A stretch of 32,000 bases of DNA. Origin: Geotalea uraniireducens Rf4 (lineage in GTDB: Bacteria; Desulfobacterota; Desulfuromonadia; Geobacterales; Geobacteraceae). Both the position numbers and the translations under genes were made by a program. The notes beneath the pieces were generated by a model, which was not told the origin of the DNA, did no database searches, and saw only the letters and a program-made list of their open reading frames with translations. The first letter of the stretch is position 1; each line of letters opens with the position of its first letter. The stretch spans positions 3,000,001 to 3,032,000 of the forward strand of contig NC_009483.1 of NCBI RefSeq assembly GCF_000016745.1. The letters run 5' to 3'. Shown here one piece after another: positions 24,115 to 32,000 of this stretch.

Positions 24115-27100
24115 TTACTGCTGTTTATTTTCCGTGTCGCGTTTATCGTCCGCATCGTCGAAACTGCTGTCGAAACTGATCACCTTGACATCGAGCCATT
24201 TGGCCACGAAATCCTCTACCGCCTGGTTGCCCGAAGCGGCGGTCTTATCCTTCCCCGCGCCAAGGCTATTGGTCTGCTCAATCATCTTGCCGCTGTCCGC
24301 CAGCCCGCCGGCCCCCGCCAGCGCGCCGATGCTGACCCCGCTGTCGGCCGCAGTGGCGCCGACCACGGACCCGACAGAGGCAGCAATGTTGCCCGCATTA
24401 ACAAGATTCGGAGTGTCAACCACGACTATGCCCCCGGCAATCCCCGCCTCCCCGGCATCAATCGACCCTTTCGTCGCAGAGAGGTTGACGTCGCCCTGTT
24501 GCGTACCGGGAGTATAGCTCAAGGTCCGAATGCCGCTCCCCACCGCCGGCGGGCTGAAGACCAGCATGTATTCAGCAGGAATTTTTCCTTCCGGGTCGAG
24601 CGCTCCCGTGCCATCTTTCAATACCAGTTTAGGCGGATCGGCGCTGATGGCCGCTTTGGACCCTCGCCCGGCATTGATGCTCCCCTTCTCGCTCCAGACG
24701 TTTATGTCACCACCGTCAAAGGTCATCACCCTCGCTTCGTTGACGTTCACGTCCCCCCCGGCGTAGATGTTGATGTTGCCACCCTTTGCGGTGAAGATCC
24801 CTGTGTTTTTCAGATTCTCTTCCTTTTTCTTTTTATCCAGATTGATGGTGCTCTTCCCCACATTAACCGCCTCCCGCGCCAGGATGTAAATGTCGTCAGC
24901 CCCGGAATTGGTGCTGATCTGGGAGGAGGTCATATTGATATTGCCGCCGTCATTTGCCGGATCTGCGTTCAGGGCATAATAGGCGGCAACTGCCGTTCGT
25001 TCATCGGCAAGCCGCTGATCTGCCGCAGCATAAAGTTCTTCAAATTTTTCCAGATTGTCGTGTTCTTTCTCGAAATTCGCTTGCGCCTTGAGTTGTTGAA
25101 TTTCAACAGCGGTATTTTTCATACTGTCGAATTGACCTGTTACATCAGCAAAACCCGCCGCAATAAGGAGATCGCTCCCCTTCGCACCCAGGTTCTGATT
25201 AAAGGCCCCGCCATAGGTCTGGAGGCCCCTGGTGGTGCCGAGATCGATGTTGTGACCGGCCTGGACCAAAAGTGTGCCCGAACCGCCCAGCTCGATGCCT
25301 GTGCTGCTGTTGTCGCTCCCCGAAAGGGAGCTGAAGAAAATATCCCGGCCCGCCTGGATGGCCGTCATATCGCTCGCCGAGTGGTTCTGGCCGACAAGAT
25401 ATATGTCCCGTACGTCCCGGCCGGCGCTGATTTGCGCCTGTTTCGGAAGGAAGAGTTGCAGGTTCTTGATGTCACCGCCCGCCGTGATCGTGATGGGAGA
25501 TGGGTGCTGCTGACGCTCTGACTCCCATTCAGGATCGGTGTTGTGCGAGTGGGAATCGAAAAAAGTGGATTCTTTCGGAATAGCGTCTGGATTGGTATTT
25601 GTATGGGCGTTGTAAACTGTCTCGGGGTCAATGTCCGACATGGAGATTTTGGTGTTGCCTGTATCTCCGTGATTCACGCCGCGGATGTCCCCACCTGCAA
25701 TCAGTGTGAGTCCCCCCTGTGCCGAAGGGGCCAATGCCAGATTATTGCCCAGGTTGATATTACGGCCGGCTGCAATCTCCAATGTCGGGGGGAGTATCCG
25801 CGCCTTCCAAAGAGCATTGAAAATAGAGTAATAGTTGCCGGAAGTAAGTCCGGAAATGGCCACGTCACCGTTCTTGGCATGCAACCGAACCTTGGAGTCG
25901 CTGCTGTAAAGGAGATTCCACCTATAGTCGTTGCCGCCGTTATTAATAACAACGGTTGGGTTGACTACCGAGCCAAGGGTGACGTTCCCTTGGGCCGACA
26001 CATCAGCTTTCGTGGCAAAGGCCTCTATGACCGTTTCCACAGGAGTGCTTAGTCTGCCATAACTGTCAGTGGTCTGCGCTGTGCCGAAGTTGCCGAGACT
26101 ACGCAGCTCGGCATTTCCCTGCCTGGTCAGAAAGCGTCCATTCAGGTTGCCACCCGTATGGAGCAGCAAATCACCACTGCCGAAGGTCCCCGCCTGGGAG
26201 TTGAAATCTCCGCCACTAATCACTTCAAGTGTGCCGCCGGCCATTGTCGCCAATCCGCGCACAGGCTCATTTTTCCCGTTTATTTTGAAAGAGGCACTCA
26301 GGAAATACTGCGCAGTAGTCCCAATCCCCACTTTGTTCATGTAATACCAGGCAGCCGGCGCCACGCCCCCCTTGATGTCTCTTCCCGCAGTCAAGGAGAT
26401 GTCGCCTCCGCCGGCATAGTCCCAGTAGTTGCCGGCAGGCGTGGTCTGCTCGCCGGTGGTACGGATGGAACCCAAGAGGCCGCCAGGCTCAAACAGGTTG
26501 AAGTCGCGGGTGACACTGATTGCAATATCTCCGGTCGCCGACTGAATTACCCCACTCTTGTTCATCACCAGGTCCCCTTCCACATTACCCTGGATGGTGC
26601 CGCCATAGGTGCCTATGTTATATTTCAGGTCATTATTGATCATAGAACTTGCGGAAATGGTGCCGATGACGGTATTGCCGCCCGATGCAAAACTGACGGG
26701 CGCCTTCTCACTATAAACCGACTGCTTGTCTGCGATCGTCAAGATCCCTTTGTCCGGCTTGACCGCCATGGGATCTGCGGCATTCAGATCAGCGCCGGCC
26801 ACGAGCCTGATCCCCCAGGAAGCGGCGCCGCCGTTGGTTCCCGGGAGTGCGCTCTTGGCCGTGGGTGAATCCGTCAGGGAATTGTTGATGTTCAGGTTTC
26901 CCGCCGCACGCAAGGTCAGGACTCCCGGCTGGCCTGCTGCTCCAAAGCGCCAGAAGGTAAGATCCCATGGCGTGTTCAGGGTGAGGGAGCCACTGCTTCG
27001 CACCTCGATGCCGGGACGGAGATCAAACTGGCCGGCGCTGACCGTCTGACTTTCCATCAAGGCCGCAATGGCGGTGTTCCAGCTGGTCAGGTCGTCTGAG

Positions 27101-30100
27101 GTAATGGTGCCGGCATTCTGCGGATTGACGACCTGTACGGCCTCTGCCGTTTTGCTCGACGCTCCCTTGACGGTGACGTTCAGGTTGCTGGTATTGACGC
27201 GGCTGCTGTCAAAGGCGGCTGCAGGCGCCCGTAAAGATACGCTCCCTCCTTTACCCGCCCCGCTTACATCTATCGATCCTCCGGCCAGGTTCAGGACCCC
27301 GCCGGCTGTACCGAGGGACACGTCGCCGCCGGTACCGTTTGCTGCCGTAGCCTGTGCCCCTATAGTGCCGCTGAGCGATAAATCCTTCCCCGCATTCAGC
27401 GCCACGGTCCCTCCCTGGTTCCCCGAGGCATCGACTGTTCCGGCAACGGTGACGTTACCGGCATCAGCCGCCACCCTGAAGAGATGGGCCTTCACCCTGT
27501 CATCCGCGGCAACCGTCACATCCCCGTTACGGCTGCGGATGTTCAACTCTTCGGTGAAGCCCCCTGCCGCCACCTTGTCGTTGAGGGCGGAAAAAGTTGC
27601 CAACTGGCAGGTATCGAGGGTAAGGGAGCCACCTTTGCCACCGTTGCTCATGCCTAGCAATTCGCCGCTCAGGTCTGCTTCCCGCTTATCCGCAATGATT
27701 GCGACAGTGCCGGCATCGCCTGCTCCCGGCGCGGAAACGTCAATTTTTGCGTCCTTTTCAAGGGTCATGACCCCGGCGGAACGGAGTTCAATCCGCCCGG
27801 CAGATTCACTGTCCGTGGTTCCGTCGGCATTCGGTTTGTAATCATGCCCCCTCGCCCGGATCGCGGCGCCGCTCCGGAGTTTGATCCCGTCATCGGTCCC
27901 GGTCCCGGTCGCCTCCAGTTTCACCCGGCCGGCGGGGAGGTCGATGAGACCGCTGCTCTCTATGCTCCCGGCAGTGATGTGGATGGCGCCGCCAAGCGCC
28001 GTATCCTGCCCTGCCTGGGCACCGCTTGAGGCGAGCGTAAACGTCCCGGAACCTGCATCTATCTTGAAATTGGCCGCCTGGTAGGTGGGGGCGAGAAGCG
28101 CGCCGTTGGCATCGGTGACTGTACCCCACTCCACATTTGGGGCCGCCGTCAGCCTGGCTGTTGTCATGTTCAGGTCAGCGCCGTTGGTCGTTAGCGAGCC
28201 AACCCCTTTCAGGGTCATATCGTTCGTGCTTTTAAGGTCAACTTTGCTGAAGCCGTCGAGCATGCCATCACCCTTGCCGATGGTCATGCTGTCCGTGGCG
28301 GTAAGGCTAAGCTGGCCGGTGGCGGCTGATGCTGCGCCGGTATACTTCGCGCCGCTGTTGAGCAGGGTGATTACCGGTGCGGTAAGGGAAACAGCTCCGG
28401 TGCCCCCCGTCTTGGCGATCCGCCCGGCATCGATGGTCAAAGCCTTGGTCGCTGACTCGGTGAAATCCCCGTAGAATGTTATATCCGAGCTTTTCAAGGT
28501 AACGTCGGTAAAAGGGTGTGTGTTTCTTTCGCTTGCAACGGTGAGCCGCTTCCAGAGTGCATCGGTAAGGTAGAACGCAGTGGCTGAGCTGCCGGACTTA
28601 TAGTCCTCAGCCACAAAGGAGAGCTTGTCCCCCTTGAGAATAAGCTTGCCGTTGTCTGCAACCAGGGGCGAGTCCCCCTGCAGCTCAACCTGCTTCGTCT
28701 CAAGGCTCACCGTATCGGTAGCCTGGACCTGCCCCCCCGCCTCCACGACAATTTTGTTCTGACTGACCAGATTGACGGTCCCGCCGCCATCTGCCGTTGA
28801 CGCCGGTGTCCCCGTTATCTTGGCTTTGACCTGTGCGTCTTTTTCGATGGTAATGGCGTCTTTCGCAGTCAGGGTTACCGTCTCCGCTTCCAGGGTCGTC
28901 CCCTGCTTCACCGTAACCGTCACGGTCGAGTTCGCGGTATTTGCGGCATCAATCGAGCCGAGCCTGACCTCTTTCAGCCCTTTTCCCAGGGTCGAGGCGG
29001 CCAGTTGGAGCGTTCCAGCCAATCCGGCAGGAACCGGGCTCGCGAAATTGAAGCCCTTGTCCAGGGGAACCGTATCTGCCTGGACCGTCACGTTTTTGCC
29101 GCTCAGGTCTACCACCCCGCCGCTGGACCCGGCAACGGCGTCCGCCTTCAGGGTCCCGTTGAGGATCGTGGTGCCCCCCAGCAGGGTTATCGTGCCCGCA
29201 TCGCCGCCGCTGAACTCGGTGGCAGATGGTTTTGTTGCTACATCGCCCGTCAGGTACGCCCCCGGCGTGAAATTACCCTCCCTGAGCACGTCCGCAGCAC
29301 TGCGCACCGCATACCCCTTGAAAACCGGCGAACTGATGCCAGTCCCCACGACCGTCTCATAACCGGCGGCCACCGGATACCCTTCGGTGGTAACGAATTG
29401 TCTACCCGGCATCACCGTGCTTCCCAGGTCTGTCAGGATCAGCGCCCCCGGCAGAAAAGCGTACTGCTCGGGGAGAAGTGAATAGGTCCCCTCGTTTAGA
29501 TAGCTGCCGTCACTCAGACGGATTGCCGCCAGGTGAACGGCGCAGAAGGGCTTGCTCTTTACCTTCCCGTCCACGTCCGTATAGGTGTAAGTGAAGCCGG
29601 GCAGCTGCACCGAATTGTCCGGAACAATGACATAGCGGTCAGGGCGAGTTTTCTGATTGTTCAGAATCCCTTTAGCAGTGATCGGATTCACCGTCCCCTC
29701 GATACCGGGCATGAACGTGGTTGCGTAAACGGAACCGCCGCCGGACACGTCGATCGTCGCCTGCTCCCTGACAATCACCTCTTTGCCGTTGATGGTGATA
29801 GACTTTTCCGGGGCCGCAGTCACGATTGTCCCCTTTGATTCGAGGCCCGACTTCTTGTCCATGAATCGCATGACCCCGTCGGCATCGACAAAGCCGTACG
29901 CCACCGGCGCAGTGCCGGCAGTGGTCAATGTGCTCCCCGGCGCCAGGTATACGCGACTCGTGGCGGCATAGGCGGGGGCATTGTTCAAGGAGATCGTCCC
30001 GAGCGGGGCGGCAATGAAACCATTGTGCTCGATGCCTTTTTTGGCATTGATGGTGAGGCTGCCCCCTGCTGAGTAGACCGGAGTGGAAACAACAGGCGCC

Positions 30101-32000
30101 GCCAGGGTGGTGAACTTCCCTTCCACGTTGATGGTGAAATCAGAGCTGACCATCCCCTGCGCCGGACTAGCCGCGTCAAATGGATGCATCATCGGATAGA
30201 TCCGCTCAGCCTTGATGGTCAGGTCCCCCGGCACCGCCAGTGACCCGTTCCAGACAGTACCTGATGCAGAATCGGCCAGTCTAAGATCATGCTTCGCATT
30301 CAGATTGGTGGCGGCAAAACCATCAAGGGCGATTTTCCCTTCGACATCCAGCCAATCGCCGGTCAGGTTCAGCGTCGCCGTTTCCGCAGCGCCGGTGGTT
30401 ACAGGGACTGTGGAAGGATTGCTGTCGATCAGCCTGATCCAGGGCGCAATGAAATAAACTGCATCCTTGCCGGAACCGGTGATTTTGGGCGCATCCAGAG
30501 TCAGGCTTCTGCTGATGGACAGCCCCTTGCTGTACTTTGAAACGTCAAAGCCGGTAAAATTTAGGCCATTCAAGCTGGTAAAGGTGAAGGCATCGAACCC
30601 GTCGTCCGTGAACCCCTTGATCTGGTCGGCGGACAGGGAGAGGGGGTTGACGCTATCCCTGCTGGTTATACTCAGCCCCCCCCCTTTGATTCCCTCCTTG
30701 CTGCCGGCGCTGCCGATCAACTTTCCGTCGAGCCTCAGGTCACCCACGGCGGCCAGAATGACCTCTCCCGGGGCACCCGCCATTAACGTGGAGGTCCGCA
30801 TCCCGTTGACAGCGGTAACAAAAGTTTTTACCGGTGCTATGCCGGCAACGCTCACCAGCGAGCCGGAGGAAAGATTCAGGTCGCCCTTGCTTGCATCGAG
30901 GGAAATGGTGCCACCTGAGAGTGGGAGGTATCCTGTATCGGCTTTGCCGGCCAACGTAGAAAGATAGGGCTTGGCGAATCCATCAGCCAGCAGCTTTCCT
31001 TTAATCTCAAGGTCACCCTCATTTGCCGTCACCGTGATCCGACCTGCCGGCGCATTGAGGGTGCCATGCACAACCACATTCGGCGCTGTCAGAGATATCA
31101 TACCGTTAGGGGCTATGGTCTCAATGGTCGCGCCCGGCGCTACGGTCAATTTGGCTTTTGGGTTTGGCTCATTGACCATGTTTCCCTGCGCGTCGTCATC
31201 TCTTGTACCTTCAAACCTGGCATTGGCCGTTAACGACAGGGAGGTTGTCCCCAGGTAATCCGCCAGTGCAAGCCCGCCGGGGAAGAGTTCACCATCGGCA
31301 GGCCTCGTCGTGAGTTCGGTACCGGCGGTATCAACGGCCATGCCGGGTGTCGGCATGGCCAGCCTGGTTTTTGATGGAGCGAGGTCGATCCCGTTCAAGA
31401 TGGTCAGATCGTCCTTGCTTTTCAGCTCGATATTCGTGAAGCCGGTGTTGGCCAACCGGTTGCCGGCAAAGGTCAGTTTCCCCTGGATGTCAACAGGCAG
31501 GGTTGTGTCGCCGGACTGGAGATTCCGCTGCAATGACTGCAGATCCGGGTCAGCAGCCGGTGTTACCGCCACCTCGCCGGCATGCATAGAAATTGTTCCG
31601 CCTTTCATCCCCGGCAGAGCGTATCCACGCAGGTCGCCGTCCGCCACCAGGGTCGAGCCCTGCAACGTGAGCGTGCCGGCATTACCGCCAGTAACCTTTC
31701 CCTTCTGGTCGATCAGATAGCCGCCGCTCACATCCACTACTGCGCCCTCTCTGATGGTCACCCCGAGGCCGCTGTCCGTCTTGTCCTTGATATCGATAAC
31801 CCCGCCCCCCGTGTGGGCGATGCGGGGCATATCGCCAGCTGCGCCGTTGGCGGGATAATTGTCAACCCTTTCCCCGGCAACGGAAATCCGACTCCCGTCA
31901 GCCAGGTAGATTTTCGACACGAGGGGATGGTCGGGATTGTCCGAGTCAAACGTGGTCTTATTGTCCATCGTCTTCAGGGTCACATTCCCGCCGGGAACAG
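24115..32000 (-). CDS. Giant filamentous-haemagglutinin (FhaB/PdtA)-like beta-helical exoprotein, C-terminal 2,628 or more codons. The N-terminus, with the expected TPS secretion domain, lies beyond base 32000.
   Basis: One uninterrupted reverse-strand frame runs from the window edge to TAA 24117-24115. The track's start at 31983 is an internal GTG, and the frame stays open upstream (..VPGGN|VTLKT..). The protein is Gly/Thr/Ala/Asn/Ser-rich with degenerate beta-helix rungs (GGTISLDASKGDLNLSSGSLVSVAG, GGDVSLGTAGGVLNLAGGSIDVSGAGKGGSVSLRAP). The C-terminal region (GGDINVWSEKGSINAGRGSKAAISADPPKLV) resembles the DUF3739-type end of PdtA-like TpsA proteins. The tail is acidic, with no TM segment or sorting signal. 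Confidence 0.85.
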   Translation of the reverse strand, partial: VPGGNVTLKTMDNKTTFDSDNPDHPLVSKIYLADGSRISVAGERVDNYPANGAAGDMPRIAHTGGGVIDIKDKTDSGLGVTIREGAVVDVSGGYLIDQKGKVTGGNAGTLTLQGSTLVADGDLRGYALPGMKGGTISMHAGEVAVTPAADPDLQSLQRNLQSGDTTLPVDIQGKLTFAGNRLANTGFTNIELKSKDDLTILNGIDLAPSKTRLAMPTPGMAVDTAGTELTTRPADGELFPGGLALADYLGTTSLSLTANARFEGTRDDDAQGNMVNEPNPKAKLTVAPGATIETIAPNGMISLTAPNVVVHGTLNAPAGRITVTANEGDLEIKGKLLADGFAKPYLSTLAGKADTGYLPLSGGTISLDASKGDLNLSSGSLVSVAGIAPVKTFVTAVNGMRTSTLMAGAPGEVILAAVGDLRLDGKLIGSAGSKEGIKGGGLSITSRDSVNPLSLSADQIKGFTDDGFDAFTFTSLNGLNFTGFDVSKYSKGLSISRSLTLDAPKITGSGKDAVYFIAPWIRLIDSNPSTVPVTTGAAETATLNLTGDWLDVEGKIALDGFAATNLNAKHDLRLADSASGTVWNGSLAVPGDLTIKAERIYPMMHPFDAASPAQGMVSSDFTINVEGKFTTLAAPVVSTPVYSAGGSLTINAKKGIEHNGFIAAPLGTISLNNAPAYAATSRVYLAPGSTLTTAGTAPVAYGFVDADGVMRFMDKKSGLESKGTIVTAAPEKSITINGKEVIVREQATIDVSGGGSVYATTFMPGIEGTVNPITAKGILNNQKTRPDRYVIVPDNSVQLPGFTYTYTDVDGKVKSKPFCAVHLAAIRLSDGSYLNEGTYSLLPEQYAFLPGALILTDLGSTVMPGRQFVTTEGYPVAAGYETVVGTGISSPVFKGYAVRSAADVLREGNFTPGAYLTGDVATKPSATEFSGGDAGTITLLGGTTILNGTLKADAVAGSSGGVVDLSGKNVTVQADTVPLDKGFNFASPVPAGLAGTLQLAASTLGKGLKEVRLGSIDAANTANSTVTVTVKQGTTLEAETVTLTAKDAITIEKDAQVKAKITGTPASTADGGGTVNLVSQNKIVVEAGGQVQATDTVSLETKQVELQGDSPLVADNGKLILKGDKLSFVAEDYKSGSSATAFYLTDALWKRLTVASERNTHPFTDVTLKSSDITFYGDFTESATKALTIDAGRIAKTGGTGAVSLTAPVITLLNSGAKYTGAASAATGQLSLTATDSMTIGKGDGMLDGFSKVDLKSTNDMTLKGVGSLTTNGADLNMTTARLTAAPNVEWGTVTDANGALLAPTYQAANFKIDAGSGTFTLASSGAQAGQDTALGGAIHITAGSIESSGLIDLPAGRVKLEATGTGTDDGIKLRSGAAIRARGHDYKPNADGTTDSESAGRIELRSAGVMTLEKDAKIDVSAPGAGDAGTVAIIADKREADLSGELLGMSNGGKGGSLTLDTCQLATFSALNDKVAAGGFTEELNIRSRNGDVTVAADDRVKAHLFRVAADAGNVTVAGTVDASGNQGGTVALNAGKDLSLSGTIGAQATAANGTGGDVSLGTAGGVLNLAGGSIDVSGAGKGGSVSLRAPAAAFDSSRVNTSNLNVTVKGASSKTAEAVQVVNPQNAGTITSDDLTSWNTAIAALMESQTVSAGQFDLRPGIEVRSSGSLTLNTPWDLTFWRFGAAGQPGVLTLRAAGNLNINNSLTDSPTAKSALPGTNGGAASWGIRLVAGADLNAADPMAVKPDKGILTIADKQSVYSEKAPVSFASGGNTVIGTISASSMINNDLKYNIGTYGGTIQGNVEGDLVMNKSGVIQSATGDIAISVTRDFNLFEPGGLLGSIRTTGEQTTPAGNYWDYAGGGDISLTAGRDIKGGVAPAAWYYMNKVGIGTTAQYFLSASFKINGKNEPVRGLATMAGGTLEVISGGDFNSQAGTFGSGDLLLHTGGNLNGRFLTRQGNAELRSLGNFGTAQTTDSYGRLSTPVETVIEAFATKADVSAQGNVTLGSVVNPTVVINNGGNDYRWNLLYSSDSKVRLHAKNGDVAISGLTSGNYYSIFNALWKARILPPTLEIAAGRNINLGNNLALAPSAQGGLTLIAGGDIRGVNHGDTGNTKISMSDIDPETVYNAHTNTNPDAIPKESTFFDSHSHNTDPEWESERQQHPSPITITAGGDIKNLQLFLPKQAQISAGRDVRDIYLVGQNHSASDMTAIQAGRDIFFSSLSGSDNSSTGIELGGSGTLLVQAGHNIDLGTTRGLQTYGGAFNQNLGAKGSDLLIAAGFADVTGQFDSMKNTAVEIQQLKAQANFEKEHDNLEKFEELYAAADQRLADERTAVAAYYALNADPANDGGNINMTSSQISTNSGADDIYILAREAVNVGKSTINLDKKKKEENLKNTGIFTAKGGNINIYAGGDVNVNEARVMTFDGGDINVWSEKGSINAGRGSKAAISADPPKLVLKDGTGALDPEGKIPAEYMLVFSPPAVGSGIRTLSYTPGTQQGDVNLSATKGSIDAGEAGIAGGIVVVDTPNLVNAGNIAASVGSVVGATAADSGVSIGALAGAGGLADSGKMIEQTNSLGAGKDKTAASGNQAVEDFVAKWLDVKVISFDSSFDDADDKRDTENKQQ

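Noticed and set aside
24073-25521. 482-aa plus-strand ORF, plus many further plus-strand ORFs from 25543 to 31720, antisense to the giant gene
   Set aside because: They lie wholly inside and antisense to a far longer, protein-like frame. Their translations are Arg/Pro/Ala/Gly-rich low-complexity strings typical of stop-poor antisense frames in GC-rich, repeat-rich DNA. None has an SD or a signal peptide.
31981-31983. Track start (M) of the giant ORF at 31983
   Set aside because: The codon is GTG and the frame remains open to base 32000 (..VPGGN upstream). No SD is visible, and no TPS or signal sequence follows. It is treated as an internal Val of a longer protein.
1-32000. CRISPR arrays, tRNA/rRNA genes, transposases/integrases, toxin-antitoxin pairs or known defence-system genes
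   Set aside because: I scanned the intergenic regions and all ORF translations. I found no direct-repeat/spacer periodicity, no cloverleaf-like segments, no DDE/recombinase motifs, and no nuclease/ATPase/helicase-type proteins. Every convincing gene is envelope- or surface-related.

Overview
This 32-kb bacterial chromosomal segment is mostly high-GC (about 36 G+C per 60-nt line by hand count). Gene content and intergenic repeats look Desulfuromonadales/Geobacter-like, which is inference only. The whole window is a cell-envelope/surface locus in three blocks.

(1) 1-8721, minus strand: an O-antigen/EPS-type polysaccharide operon. It encodes an NAD-dependent sugar-nucleotide epimerase, a DUF218 protein, a hexapeptide acetyltransferase, a Wzx flippase, a Wzy-type polymerase, a GT2, a SAM methyltransferase, a GT4 and a truncated secreted protein missing from the ORF track. 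Its core (about 3.4-7.4 kb) is sharply AT-rich.

(2) 9091-16890, plus strand: a secreted S8 subtilase ending in an IPTLxxWG-like sorting tail, a small secreted coiled-coil protein, a glycoside-hydrolase-like secreted protein, a PHP phosphoesterase::GT4 fusion, and an unlisted 59-codon SAP/Rho_N-like four-Cys ORF.

(3) 16929-32000, minus strand: an FhaB/PdtA-like beta-helical exoprotein of at least 2,628 codons, with its 5' end off-window. It is followed within 24 nt by DUF2341-LamG::ExbB, then ExbD, TonB, a porin-like OMP, a SurA/EpsD-like PPIase and an exosortase-family protein.

Two families of structured repeats fill the intergenic gaps of blocks 2 and 3. I saw no rRNA, tRNA, CRISPR, transposase or integrase.

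The best candidate for an undescribed system is the giant TpsA-like fibre chained to a private, lectin-decorated ExbB-ExbD-TonB motor and a porin-like OMP, with no TonB-dependent receptor in view. The second candidate is the exosortase (XrtH-like, with an extra membrane domain) plus PPIase pair and its likely substrate, the tail-bearing subtilase about 6 kb away. All family calls rest on motifs read by eye; no searches were run.
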